Positions 41,155 to 56,451 of a stretch of DNA of 64,000 nucleotides are shown one piece after another. Both the position numbers and the translations under genes were made by a program. Each line of letters begins with the position of its first letter. Positions within the stretch are counted from its first letter, which is position 1. The notes below the pieces were generated by a model. The model was not told the DNA's origin and searched no databases. It saw nothing but the letters and a program-made list of their open reading frames with translations. Source of the stretch: Eledone cirrhosa. Taxonomy: Eukaryota. Location: NCBI GenBank assembly GCA_964016885.1, contig OZ024741.1:250604001-250668000 (forward strand), written 5' to 3'.

Positions 41155-42556
41155 AATCCCATTAAAAACCACATTAAAAATTCAATTAAAAATCTATTTT
41201 GAAAAACCCATTAAAAACCCCATTATAAGCTCATAAAACACTCCATTAAAACCCCAACCAAACCCCCCATTAAAACTCCATTAAAACCCCATTAAACCCC
41301 CCCCCCCTCGAAAAGACATTAAAACCTCAAATTTAAACCGAAATAAAAACTCAATTAAAACGCAATTAAAAACTCAATTAAAACACCATTAAAAACACAA
41401 TTAAAAGCCCATTAAACCAATTAAAATTGCATTAACACACCACTAAGGTTCCATTGGAAAACCATTAAAAATGTCATTAAAAACTACACTGAAAACCCAT
41501 TAAACCCCCATTAAAAGCGCACCCAAAACTTTATAAAAAACCAAATAAAAACCCCATTAAAATACCATTAAAACGGCATAAAACACCATTAAAACTACAT
41601 TAAAACTCAATTAAAAATTCCATTTAAATCTCCATTATAAACTCAATTAAAACTCCATTAAAACTCAATTAAAAACTCCATTAAAAACACACACACATGA
41701 AGTTACATGCTGGCTTGCACACTTATAGCGATTGCTATTTCCTTTTAATTTCATTAAAACTAGGATGTTTTAGAAAGATAAAAACAAAACTGAATAATGA
41801 AGAGACTAGGGAGGGGTAAAGAAAGGCAGATCAGGCTGTAGAGGACAGTAGGGGGAGAAGAGGGAAGAGACTTGGGAGGGGTAAAGAAAGGCAGATCTGG
41901 CTGTAGAGGACAGTAGGGGGAGAAGAGGGAGAAATAAACTAAATTATAAACTAAGTTATAAACTAAATTATAAACTAAATTAAAAACTCAATAAAATAAA
42001 ATAAAATAAAATAAAATAAAATAAAATAAAATAAAATAAAATAAAATAAAATAAAATAAAATAAAATAAAATAAAATAAAATAAAATAAAATAAAATAAA
42101 ATAAAATAAAATAAAATAAAATAAAATAAAATAAAAAAAAATAAAATAAAATAAAATAAAAAAAACTAAAAAATATAAATAAAATAAAATAAAATAAATA
42201 AAATAAAATAAAATAAAATAAAATAAAATAAAATAAATAAAAATAAAATAAAATAAAAAAAAATAAAAAAAAATTAAATATAAAAAATAAATAAAATAAA
42301 ATAAAATAAGAACTCAATTAAAAACTCAGTAAAAACTCAATTAAAAACTCAATTAAAAACTCAATCGAAGCACCATTAAAACACCATTAAAAACTCCACT
42401 ATAAACCCACTAAACCCATTAAAAACCAATTAAAAATTCAATTACACATCCCATTAGAAATTTCATTAAAAACTCAATTAAAAGTTCCATTGAAAACACA
42501 TTCAAAACCCATTAACCCCATATTAAAAGTTCATAAAACTCTATTAAAAACCCAAT
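36535..42556 (+). repeat. Macrosatellite unit 7 (6022 bp; ~116 bp deletion near 41270)
   Basis: Anchor-to-anchor distance. The segment between two CCCCATTAAAAC copies is missing. Confidence 0.93.
40609..41004. repeat. Palindrome copy, unit 7
   Basis: Same arms. Confidence 0.9.
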
Positions 42557-45500
42557 AACAAACCAATTAAAACGCCATTAAAACGCCACAAAACACAATA
42601 AAATGTCATAAAAACGCCATTAAAACATCACAAAAAGCCCAACTAAAAAACCATTAATAATGTCATTAAAAATTCCATAAAAATCCATTAAAAACTCCAC
42701 TAAAAGCCCATTAAAAAGTTCATTAAAAGCCATATTATAAATTTCATAAAAAACAATTGAAAACCCCATTATTTATGAGCCTTTTTTTATGAGTTTTTAA
42801 TAGTGTTTTAATTCAGTTTTTAATTGCGTTTAAAATTGGGTTTTAATGGCTTTTTAATGGTGTTTTAATGGGATTTCCGATGGTGTTTAATGGGTTTTTA
42901 TGGAGTTTTTAATTGGGTTTTCAATGGTGTTGTTTATGAGTTTTTAAATGGGTTTTTAATGGAATTTTTGATTGCGTTTTTAATGAAATTTTTAATAGAT
43001 TCGAGGATGTTTTAATGGAGTTTTTAATGGTCTTTTTAATGGCGTTTTAATTGTGTTTTTATGGTGTTTAAATGCGTTTTAATGATTTTTAATTGGGTTT
43101 TTAATGGAGTATTTTTAATGAGCTCTTAATGGATTTTTCAATTGGATACTTAATGGGTTTTAATGGAATTTATAATAAGGGTTCTAATTGACTTTAAATA
43201 TGATTTTTAATGGAGTTTTTAATGAAATTTCTAATGGTGTTTTTAATTGCGTTTCCCCCCGTGAGGGTTTTAATGGCATTTTAAATGACATTTTAATGAG
43301 TTTTTATGATGTTTTAATGGCGTTGTAATTGTTTTTTATTGGGTTTTTAATATAATTTTGTATGAGCTTTTAATGGGGGTTTTCAATGTTGTTTTTAATG
43401 GAGTGTTTAATGGAATTTTAATGGGGGTTTGATAAAAAAAATTAATTGCTTTTTAATTTAATTTTTAATGCGTTTTTGATGGTGTTTAAGTGCGTTCATG
43501 ATGATCTTTTTAATGGGTTTTTAATGGGGTTTTAATTGAATTTTTAATGGTGTTTTCAATGTAATTTTTAATGATAGTTTAATGGTGTTTTAATGACGTT
43601 TTAATTGTGTTTTTTATGGTGTTTTAGTGACGTTTAAATAGGATTTTTAATTGGTTTTTTAATTGAGTATTTATATGAGTTTTCACTGGTGTTTTTAATG
43701 GGTTTTTCAATATTGCATTTAATGAAATTTTTAATATGGTTTCAAATGGAATTTTTAATGTGTTTTTAATTGGGTTTCTAGTGACGTTTTTAATGGTACT
43801 TTAAATGACGTTTTAATGACTTTTATGGCGTTTTAATGGGTTTTTTAATTGGGTTTTTAATGTAGTTTTTTAAAAGATCTTTATTTGGGATTTTATGGGT
43901 TTTCAATGCGGTTTTTAATGGTATATTAATGGAGTTTTTGGTGTGGTTGTTAATGGTATTAGTGACATTTTAATGTGTTTTTAATGGTGTTTTAAGCGAG
44001 TTTCTGATTTAGTTTAAATTTAAATATTTGATGGTCCTTCTAATGGGCTTTAATGGATGTGTAATGTGTTTAATGCAATTTTAATGGGGTTTAATGGGGG
44101 TAGTAGGTTTCAATGGGTTTTAATGGAGTTTTAATGGCTAGTGCTCTTTTTTTTAGAGTTTTTAATGGTGTTTTTAATGGTTTTTCATTGAGCTTTTAAT
44201 TGCGTTTTTAATCTAGTTTTAAAATTGAGTTTTAATGGGTTTTTCAATTAGGTTTTTAATGGATTTATAATGGTGTTTTTTTACGGACCCTTTAATTTTT
44301 TATAATGGGTTATTAATGCCGTTTTAATGGTGTTTTTTAATGGTATCCTTAATGACGCTTCGATAAGTTTCAATGTTATTTTAATGGGGTTTTGATTGAT
44401 TTTTTAATGGAGTTTTTTTTAATGAACTTTTATTGGGGTTTTCAATCAGGTTTTTAACTGAATTTTTAATGTTTTTCAATTAGATTTTTTATGGAGTTTT
44501 TATGGGTTTTTTAATGAGTTTTTAATGGTGTGCTAATTGAGTTTTCAATTACCTTTTTAATTGAGTATAAAATCGAGTTTTTACTAAGTTTTTAATGAAT
44601 TTTAATGGAATTTTGATGGGGTTTCCAATGGACTTTTAATTGTGTTTTAATGGGGTTTTAAAATTGGTTTTTAGTTCATTTTTCAGGGGCTTTTAATGGG
44701 GCTTAATGGGGGTTTAATGGGGGATTTAATTGAGTTTTTAATGGAGTTTAATAGAGTTTATAATGGAGGTTTTAATGGAGTTTTTAATGAAGTTTTAATG
44801 TAGTTTTTAATGAGGTTTTTAATGACGATTTTAATGGCGTTCTTAATGGCGTTTTAATGGTATTTTATGGCATTTTAATGACGGTTGTAATGGTTTTTAA
44901 TGGAGTGTTAATTGGTTATTAATTGTATTTTAATGGGTTTCATGAGCTTTTTAATGGACTTTTTAGTGGTGTTTTTAATGGAGTTTTTAATGGGTCTTTT
45001 AATGGAATTTGCAATGTAGTTTTTAATGGTGTTTTCAATTGTATTTTTAATGACGTTTTAATGGTGTTTTTTATGGCGTTTTAATAGGATTTTTAATTGG
45101 TTTTTTAAAGGACTATTATTATGGGTTTTTTATGTAATTTTATAATGGGATTTTCAGTAGGGTTTTTAATTGGATTTTTAATGGAGTTTATAATATGGTT
45201 TTTAATTGAATTTTTAAAGAATTTATAATTGCGGTTTTAATATAGTGTTTAATGGAGTATTTAATTGGTTTTTAATGGTAATTTTAATGGAGTGTTTAAT
45301 GTGTTTTTAATGGGGGAGGAGGGGGGTAAAATGCAGTTTTTAATTGAGTTATCAATGGAGTTTTTAATGACATTTTTAATTACGTTTTAATAGCGTTTTA
45401 TGACGTTTTAATGACGTTTTAATGGGTTTTTTATTGGGTTTTGGGAGTTTTTATGAGCTTCTAATTAGGTTTTAAATGGGGTTTTCAATGAGGTTTTTAG

Positions 45501-46141
45501 TGGAATTTTTAATGGGCCTTTAATGTATTTTTAATGGGATTTTAATGTTTTTAATGGTATTTTAAATGCTGTTTTAATGTTTCTTTTATGGCCTTTTAAT
45601 TGGGTTTTTGATTGAGTTTTTAATGGATTTTTTTTAACGAGAATTATGAAGTTTAATGGGTTTCCAGTGTGTTTTAAATGAAGTTTTTGATAATATTTTT
45701 AATGGAATTTTAATGGCGGTTATGGGATTTTAATGGGTTCTGGTGGTATTTTTGTGGGTTTTAATGGGGTGTTAAATGGTTTTAATGTTGTTTTACTTGG
45801 CATTCGATTACGTTTACAATTAAGTTTTTACTGTTTTTAATTGGATTTTTAATGGATTTTAATGTGGTTTTTAATGGAATTTTAATTGTGTTTTAATATA
45901 GTTTTTAATGGGTTTCGGATGTAGCTTTTAATGGTGGTTTAGTGTGCTTTTTATTGGGTTTTTAATGAGTTTTTATGAGCTTTTCAATGGAGTTTTTAAT
46001 GGTGTTTATATATATATATATATACATACATATATATGTATATATATATATTTACACATATATATGTGTATATATATATGTGTATATATATATTTACACA
46101 TATATATGTGTATATATATATTTACACATATATATGTGTAT

Positions 46142-46187
<46 letters not shown>

Positions 46188-46188
46188 T

Positions 46189-46227
<39 letters not shown>

Positions 46228-46383
46228 TATATATATATATATATATATATATTAAATATATATATATATATATATATTAAATATATATATATATATATAT
46301 TAAATATATATATATATATATATATATTAAATATATATATATATATATATATATATTAAATATATATATATATATATATATAT

Positions 46384-46420
<37 letters not shown>

Positions 46421-47013
46421 CACTTTCATGTTACACACTATATATAAACTGGGATTTATATTTTGCGTTAGTGCCATATTAAGCTGACAACGATATATTC
46501 GTATCTTAAAAAATATTTTTTTTAGATCACATTGTTCTAGATATTATTAAAATTATTAAATCTATTTTCAATTTGCACGAACACTTGCATATACTACATA
46601 CATACATTTATATAGACACTAACACAAATATTAGCATATACATAATTTCTTAGTCATTGAGGATGTGTTTTTATACATACATATGCATATTGCATACATA
46701 CATACATACACACATACAAGCATATACATAGACATACACACACACATATATACACACACTGTATATATATATATACATACACACACACACACATATATAT
46801 ATACACACACACACTATATATATATATAGTGTGTGGTGTATATATATATATGTGTGTGTGTGTATGTATATATATACAGTGTGTGTATATATATGTGTGT
46901 GTATGTGTATGTATATGCTTGTATGTGTGTATGTATGGATGCAATATGCATATGTATGTATAAAAAACACATCCTCAATTACTAAGAAAATATGTATATG
47001 CTAATATTTGTGT

Positions 47014-47045
<32 letters not shown>

Positions 47046-47102
47046 CGCACACACTATATATATATATATACATACACACTATATATATATATATACACAC
47101 AC

Positions 47103-47153
<51 letters not shown>

Positions 47154-48630
47154 AATCCCATTAAAAACCACATTAAAAATTCAATTAAAAATCTATTTTG
47201 AAAAACCCATTAAAAACCCCATTATAAGCTCATAAAACACTCCATTAAAACCCCAACCAAACCCCCCATTAAAACACAATTAAAACATCATTAAGAATGC
47301 CAATAAAAGCGCCATTAAAAACCACATTGGAAACCCATAAAAACCCAATTAAAACAAAATTAAAGTTTCCATTAAAAGTCCCCATTAAAACTCCATTAAA
47401 ACCCCCATTAACCCCCCCCTCGAAAAGACATTAAAACCTCAAATTTAAACCGAAATAAAAACTCAATAAAAACGCAATTAAAAACTCAATTAAAACACCA
47501 TTAAAAACACAATTAAAAGCCCATTAAACCAATTAAAATTGCATTAACACACCACTAAGGTTCCATTGGAAAACCATTAAAAATGTCATTAAAAACTACA
47601 CTGAAAACCCATTAAACCCCTATTAAAAGCGCACCCAAAACTTTATAAAAAACCAAATAAAAACCCCATTAAAATACCATTAAAACGGCATAAAACACCA
47701 TTAAAACTACATTAAAACTCAATTAAAAATTCCATTTAAATCTCCATTATAAACTCAATTAAAACTCCATTAAAACTCAATTAAAAACTCCATTAAAAAC
47801 ACACACACATGAAGTTACATGCTGGCTTGCACACTTATAGCGATTGCTATTTCCTTTTAATTTCATTAAAACTAGGATGTTTTAGAAAGATAAAAACAAA
47901 ACTGAATAATGAAGAGACTAGGGAGGGGTAAAGAAAGGCAGATCAGGCTGTAGAGGACAGTAGGGGGAGAAGAGGGAAGAGACTTGGGAGGGGTAAAGAA
48001 AGGCAGATCTGGCTGTAGAGGACAGTAGGGGGAGAAGAGGGAGAAATAAACTAAATTATAAACTAAGTTATAAACTAAATTATAAACTAAATTAAAAACT
48101 CAATAAAATAAAATAAAATAAAATAAAATAAAATAAAATAAAATAAAATAAAATAAAATAAAATAAAATAAAATAAAATAAAATAAAATAAAATAAAATA
48201 AAATAAAAAAAAATAAAATAAAATAAAAAAAAAAAAACTAAAAAATATAAATAAAATAAAATAAAATAAATAAAATAAAATAAAATAAAATAAAATAAAA
48301 TAAAAAAAAAAAAAATAAAATAAAATAAAATAAAAAAAAAAAAAAAATAAAATATAAAAAATAAATAAAATAAAATAAAATAAGAACTCAATTAAAAACT
48401 CAGTAAAAACTCAATTAAAAACTCAATTAAAAACTCAATCGAAGCACCATTAAAACACCATTAAAAACTCCACTATAAACCCACTAAACCCATTAAAAAC
48501 CAATTAAAAATTCAATTACACATCCCATTAGAAATTTCATTAAAAACTCAATTAAAAGTTCCATTGAAAACACATTCAAAACCCATTAACCCCATATTAA
48601 AAGTTCATAAAACTCTATTAAAAACCCAAT
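42557..48630 (+). repeat. Macrosatellite unit 8 (6074 bp)
   Basis: Anchor-to-anchor distance; all modules present. Confidence 0.93.
46620..47015. repeat. Palindrome copy, unit 8
   Basis: Same arms. Confidence 0.9.
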
Positions 48631-51600
48631 AACAAACCAATTAAAACGCCATTAAAACGCCACAAAACACAATAAAATGTCATAAAAACGCCATTAAAAC
48701 ATCACAAAAAGCCCAACTAAAAAACCATTAATAATGTCATTAAAAATTCCATAAAAATCCATTAAAAACTCCACTAAAAGCCCATTAAAAAGTTCATTAA
48801 AAGCCATATTATAAATTTCATAAAAAACAATTGAAAACCCCATTATTTATGAGCCTTTTTTATGAGTTTTTAATAGTGTTTTAATTCAGTTTTTAATTGC
48901 GTTTAAAATTGGGTTTTAATGGCTTTTTAATGGTGTTTTAATGGGATTTTCGATGGTGTTTAATGGGTTTTTTATGGAGTTTTTAATTGGGTTTTCAATG
49001 GTGTTGTTTATGAGTTTTTAAATGGGTTTTTAATGGAATTTTTGATTGCGTTTTTAATGAAATTTTTAATAGATTCAAGGATGTTTTAATGCAGTTTTTA
49101 ATGGTCTTTTTAATGGCGTTTTAATTGTGTTTTTATCGTGTTTAAATGCGTTTTAATGATTTTTAATTGGGTTTTTAATGGAGTATTTTTAATGAGCTCT
49201 TAATGGATTTTTCAATTGGATACTTAATGGGTTTTAATGGAATTTATAATAAGGGTTCTAATTGACTTTAAATATGATTTTTAATGGAGTTTTTAATGAA
49301 ATTTCTAATGGTGTTTTTAATTGCGTTTCCCCCCGTGAGGGTTTTAATGGCATTTTAAATGACATTTTAATGAGTTTTTATGATGTTTTAATGGCGTTGT
49401 AATTGTTTTTATTGGGTTTTTAATATAATTTTGTATGAGCTTTTAATGGGGGTTTTCAATGTTGTTTTTAATGGAGTGTTTAATGGAATTTTAATGGGGG
49501 TTTGATAAAAAAAATTAATTGCTTTTTAATTTAATTTTTAATGCGTTTTTGATGGTGTTTAAGTGCGTTCATGATGATCTTTTTAATGGATTTTTAATGG
49601 GGTTTTAATTGACTTTTTAATGGTGTTTTCAATGTAATTTTTAATGATAGTTTAATGGTGTTTTAATGACGTTTTAATTGTGTTTTTTATGGTGTTTTAG
49701 TGACGTTTAAATAGGATTTTTAATTGGTTTTTTAATTGAGTATTTATATGAGTTTTCACTGGTGTTTTTAATGGGTTTTTCAATATTGCATTTAATGAAA
49801 TTTTTAATATGGTTTCAAATGGAATTTTTAATGTGTTTTTAATTGGGTTTCTAGTGACGTTTTTAATGGTACTTTAAATGACGTTTTAATGACTTTTATG
49901 GCGTTTTAATGGGTTTTTTAATTGGGTTTTTAATGTAGTTTTTTAAAAGATCTTTACTTGGGATTTTATGGGTTTTCAATGCGGTTTTTAATGGTATATT
50001 AATGGAGTTTTTGGTGTGGTTGTTAATGGTATTAGTGACATTTTAATGTGTTTTTAATGGTGTTTTAAGCGAGTTTCTGATTTAGTTTAAATTTAAATAT
50101 TTGATGGTCCTTCTAATGGGCTTTAATGGATGTGTAATGTGTTTAATGCAATTTTAATGGGGTTTAATGGGGGTTGTAGGTTTCAATGTGTTTTAATGGA
50201 GTTTTAATGGCTAGTGCTCTTTTTTTTTTAGAGTTTTTAATGGTGTTTTTAATGGTTTTTCATTGAGCTTTTAATTGCGTTTTTAATTGCGTTTTTAATC
50301 TAGTTTAAAAATTGAGTTTTAATGGGTTTTTCAATTAGGTTTTTAATGGATTTATAATGGTGTTTTTTTACGGATCCTTTAATTTTTTATAATGGGTTTT
50401 CAATGCCGTTTTAATGGTGTTTTTAATGGTATCCTTAATGACGCTTCGATAAGTTTCAATGTTATTTTAATGGGGTTTTGATTGATTTTTTAATGGAGTT
50501 TTTTTAATGAACTTTTATTGGGGTTTTCAATCAGGTTTTTAACTGAATTTTTAATGTTTTTCAATTAGAATTTTTATGGAGTTTTTATGGGCTTTTTAAT
50601 GAGTTTTTAATGGTGTGCTAATTGAGTTTTCAATTACCTTTTTAATTGAGTATAAAATCGAGTTTTTACTAAGTTTTTAATGAATTTTTAATGGAATTTT
50701 AATGGGGGTTTCCAATGGACTTTTAATTGTGTTTTAATGGGGTTTTAAAATTGGTTTTTATTTGCATTTTTCAGGGGCTTTTAATGGGGCTTAATGGGGG
50801 TTTAATGGGGGATTTAATTGAGTTTTTAATGGAGTTTAATAGAGTTTATAATGGAGGTTTTAATGGAGTTTTTAATGAAGTTTTAATGTAGTTTTTAATG
50901 AGGTTTTTAATGACGATTTTAATGGCGTTCTTAATGGCGTTTTAATGGTATTTTATGGCATTTTAATGACGGTTGTAATGGTTTTTAATGGAGTGTTAAT
51001 TGGTTATTAATTGTATTTTAATGGGTTTTATGAGCTTTTTAATGGACTTTTTAGTGGTGTTTTTAATGGAGTTTTTAATGGGTCTTTTAATGGAATTTGC
51101 AATGTAGTTTTTAATGGTGTTTTCAATTGTATTTTTAATGACGTTTTAATGGTGTTTTTATGGCGTTTTAATAGGATTTTTAATTGGTTTTTTAAAGGAC
51201 TATTATTATGGGTTTTTTATGTAATTTTATAATGGGATTTTCAGTGGGGTTTTTAATTGGATTTTTAATGGAGTTTATAATATGGTTTTTAATTGGATTT
51301 TTAAAGAATTTATAATTGCGGTTTTAATATAGTGTTTAATGGAGTATTTAATTGGTTTTTAATGGTAATTTTAATGGAGTGTTTAATGTGTTTTTAATGG
51401 GGGAGGAGGGGGGTAAAATGCAGTTTTTAATTGAGTTATCAATGGAGTTTTTAATGACATTTTTAATGACGTTTTAATAGCGTTTTATGACGTTTTAATG
51501 ACGTTTTAATGGTTTTTTTATTGGGTTTTGGGAGTTTTTATGAGCTTCTAATTAGGTTTTAAATGGGGTTTTCAATGAGGTTTTTAGTGGAATTTTTAAT

Positions 51601-52237
51601 GGGCCTTTAATGTATTTTTAATGGGATTTTAATGTTTTTTATGGCGTTTTTAATGGTATTTTAAATGCTGTTTTAATGTTTCTTTTATGGCCTTTTAATT
51701 GGGTTTTTGATTGAGTTTTTAATGGATTTTTTTTAACGAGAATTATGAAGTTTAATGGGTTTCCAGTGTGTTTTAAATGAAGTTTTTGATTATATTTTTA
51801 ATGGAATTTTAATGGCGGTTATGGGATTTTAATGGGTTCTGGTGGTATTTTTGTGGGTTTTAATGGGGTGTTAAATGGTTTTAATGTTGTTTTACTTGCG
51901 CTTTCGATTACGTTTACAATTAAGTTTTTACTGTTTTTAATTGGATTTTTAATGGATTTTAATGTGGTTTTTAATGGAATTTTAATGGTGTTTTAATATA
52001 GTTTTTAATGGGTTTCGGATGTAGCTTTTAATGGTGGTTTAGTGTGCTTTTTATTGGGTTTTTAATGAGTTTTTATGAGCTTTTCAATGGAGTTTTTAAT
52101 GGTGTTTATATATATATATACATACATATATATGTATATATATATATTTACACATATATATGTGTATATATATATGTGTATATATATATTTACACATATA
52201 TATGTGTATATATATATTTACACATATATATGTGTAT

Positions 52238-52297
<60 letters not shown>

Positions 52298-52298
52298 T

Positions 52299-52374
<76 letters not shown>

Positions 52375-52478
52375 TATATATATATATATATATATTAAAT
52401 ATATATATATATATATATATATTAAATATATATATATATATATATATATTAAATATATATATATATATATATATATAT

Positions 52479-52576
<98 letters not shown>

Positions 52577-53169
52577 CACTTTCATGTTACACACTATATA
52601 TAAACTGGGATTTATATTTTGCGTTAGTGCCATATTAAGCTGACAACGATATATTCGTATCTTAAAAAATATTTTTTTTAGATCACATTGTTCTAGATAT
52701 TATTAAAATTATTAAATCTATTTTCAATTTGCACGAACACTTGCATATACTACATACATACATTTATATAGACACTAACACAAATATTAGCATATACATA
52801 ATTTCTTAGTCATTGAGGATGTGTTTTTATACATACATATGCATATTGCATACATACATACATACACACATACAAGCATATACATAGACATACACACACA
52901 CATATATACACACACTGTATATATATATATACATACACACACACACACATATATATATACACACACACACTATATATATATATAGTGTGTGGTGTATATA
53001 TATATATGTGTGTGTGTGTATGTATATATATACAGTGTGTGTATATATATGTGTGTGTATGTGTATGTATATGCTTGTATGTGTGTATGTATGGATGCAA
53101 TATGCATATGTATGTATAAAAAACACATCCTCAATTACTAAGAAAATATGTATATGCTAATATTTGTGT

Positions 53170-53201
<32 letters not shown>

Positions 53202-53271
53202 CGCACACACTATATATATATATATACATACACACTATATATATATATATACACACACACTATATATTATA

Positions 53272-53305
<34 letters not shown>

Positions 53306-54833
53306 AATCCCATTAAAAACCACATTAAAAATTCAATTAAAAATCTATTTTGAAAAACCCATTAAAAACCCCATTATAAGCTCATAAAACACTCCATTAA
53401 AACCCCAACCAAACCCCCCATTAAAACACAATTAAAACATCATTAAGAATGCCAATAAAAGCGCCATTAAAAACCACATTGGAAACCCATAAAAACCCAA
53501 TTAAAACAAAATTAAAGTTTCCATTAAAAGTCCCCATTAAAACTCCATTAAAACCCCATTAAACCCCCCCTCGAAAAGACATTAAAACCTCAAATTTAAA
53601 CCGAAATAAAAACTCAATTAAAACGCAATTAAAAACTCAATTAAAACACCATTAAAAACACAATTAAAAGCCCATTAAACCAATTAAAATTGCATTAACA
53701 CACCACTAAGGTTCCATTGGAAAACCATTAAAAATGTCATTAAAAACTACACTGAAAACCCATTAAACCCCCATTAAAAGCGCACCCAAAACTTTATAAA
53801 AAACCAAATAAAAACCCCATTAAAATACCATTAAAACGGCATAAAACACCATTAAAACTACATTAAAACTCAATTAAAAATTCCATTTAAATCTCCATTA
53901 TAAACTCAATTAAAACTCCATTAAAACTCAATTAAAAACTCCATTAAAAACACACACACATGAAGTTACATGCTGGCTTGCACACTTATAGCGATTGCTA
54001 TTTCCTTTTAATTTCATTAAAACTAGGATGTTTTAGAAAGATAAAAACAAAACTGAATAATGAAGAGACTAGGGAGGGGTAAAGAAAGGCAGATCAGGCT
54101 GTAGAGGACAGTAGGGGGAGAAGAGGGAAGAGACTTGGGAGGGGTAAAGAAAGGCAGATCTGGCTGTAGAGGACAGTAGGGGGAGAAGAGGGAGAAATAA
54201 ACTAAATTATAAACTAAGTTATAAACTAAATTATAAACTAAATTAAAAACTCAATAAAATAAAATAAAATAAAATAAAATAAAATAAAATAAAATAAAAT
54301 AAAATAAAATAAAATAAAATAAAATAAAATAAAAAATAAAATAAAATAAAATAAAATAAAATAAAATAAAATAAAATAAAATAAAATAAAATAAAATAAA
54401 ATAAAATAAAAAAATAAAATAAAATAAAATAAAAAAAACAAAAAATATAAATAAAATAAAATAAAATAAATAAAATAAAATAAAATAAAATAAAATAAAA
54501 TAAAATAAAATAAATAAAAATAAAATAAAATAAAAAAAAATAAAAAAAAATTAAATATAAAAAATAAATAAAATAAAATAAAATAAGAACTCAATTAAAA
54601 ACTCAGTAAAAACTCAATTAAAAACTCAATTAAAAACTCAATCGAAGCACCATTAAAACACCATTAAAAACTCCACTATAAACCCACTAAACCCATTAAA
54701 AACCAATTAAATATTCAATTACACATCCCATTAGAAATTTCATTAAAAACTCAATTAAAAGTTCCATTGAAAACACATTCAAAACCCATTAACCCCATAT
54801 TAAAAGTTCATAAAACTCTATTAAAAACCCAAT
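48631..54833 (+). repeat. Macrosatellite unit 9 (6203 bp)
   Basis: Anchor-to-anchor distance; all modules present. Confidence 0.93.
52776..53171. repeat. Palindrome copy, unit 9
   Basis: Same arms. Confidence 0.9.
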
Positions 54834-56447
54834 AACAAACCAATTAAAACGCCATTAAAACGCCACAAAACACAATAAAATGTCATAAAAACGCCATTAA
54901 AACATCACAAAAAGCCCAATTAAAAAACCATTAATAATGTCATTAAAAATTCCATAAAAATCCATTAAAAACTCCACTAAAAGCCCATTAAAAAGTTCAT
55001 TAAAAGCCATATTATAAATTTCATAAAAAACAATTGAAAACCCCATTATTTATGAGCCTTTTTTTATGAGTTTTTAATAGTGTTTTAATTCAGTTTTTAA
55101 TTGCGTTTAAAATTGGGTTTTAATGGCTTTTTAATGGTGTTTTAATAGGATTTTCGATGGTGTTTAATGGGTTTTTTATGGAGTTTTTAATTGGGTTTTC
55201 AATGGTGTTGTTTATGAGTTTTTAAATGGGTTTTTAATGGAATTTTTGATTGCGTTTTTAATGAAATTTTTAATAGATTCAAGGATGTTTTAATGGAGTT
55301 TTTAATGGTCTTTTTAATGGCATTTTAATTGTGTTTTTATGATTTTTAATTGGGTTTTTAATGGAGTATTTTTAATGAGCTCTTAATGGATTTTTCAATT
55401 GGATACTTAATGGGTTTTAATGGAATTTATAATAAGGGTTCTAATTGACTTTAAATATGATTTTTAATGGAGTTTTTAATGAAATTTCTAATGGTGTTTT
55501 TAATTGCGTTTCCCCCCGTGAGGGTTTTAATGGCATTTTAAATGACATTTTAATGAGTTTTTATGATGTTTTAATGGCGTTGTAATTGTTTTTTATTGGG
55601 TTTTTAATATAATTTTGTATGAGCTTTTAATGGGGGTTTTCAATGTTGTTTTTAATGGAGTGTTTAATGGAATTTTAATGGGGGTTTGATAAAAAAAATT
55701 AATTGCTTTTTAATTTAATTTTTAATGCGTTTTTGATGGTGTTTAAGTGCGTTCATGATGATCTTTTTAATGGATTTTTAATGGGGTTTTAATTGAATTT
55801 TTAATGGTGTTTTCAATGTAATTTTTAATGATAGTTTAATGGTGTTTTAATGACGTTTTAATTGTGTTTTTTATGGTGTTTTAGTGACGTTTAAATAGGA
55901 TTTTTAATTGGTTTTTTAATTGAGTATTTATATGAGTTTTCACTGGTGTTTTTAATGGGTTTTTCAATATTGCATTTAATGAAATTTTTAATATGGTTTC
56001 AAATGGAATTTTTAATGTGTTTTTAATTGGGTTTCTAGTGACGTTTTTAATGGTACTTTAAATGACGTTTTAATGACTTTTATGGCGTTTTAATGGGTTT
56101 TTTAATTGGGTTTTTAATGTAGTTTTTTAAAAGATCTTTACTTGGGATTTTATGGGTTTTCAATGCGGTTTTTAATGGTATATTAATGGAGTTTTTGGTG
56201 TGGTTGTTAATGGTATTAGTGACATTTTAATGTGTTTTTAATGGTGTTTTAAGCGAGTTTCTGATTTAGTTTAAATTTAAATATTTGATGGTCCTTCTAA
56301 TGGGCTTTAATGGATGTGTAATGTGTTTAATGCAATTTTAATGGGGTTTAATGGGGGTAGTAGGTTTCAATGGGTTTTAATGGAGTTTTAATGGCTAGTG
56401 CTCTTTTTTTTAGAGTTTTTAATGGTGTTTTTAATGGTTTTTCATTG

Positions 56448-56451
56448 AGCT
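56448..56451. repeat. Left target-site duplication AGCT
   Basis: Empty site in other units reads CATTG-AGCT-TTTAATTGCG (e.g. 1621-1624). Here AGCT flanks both ends of the element. Confidence 0.9.
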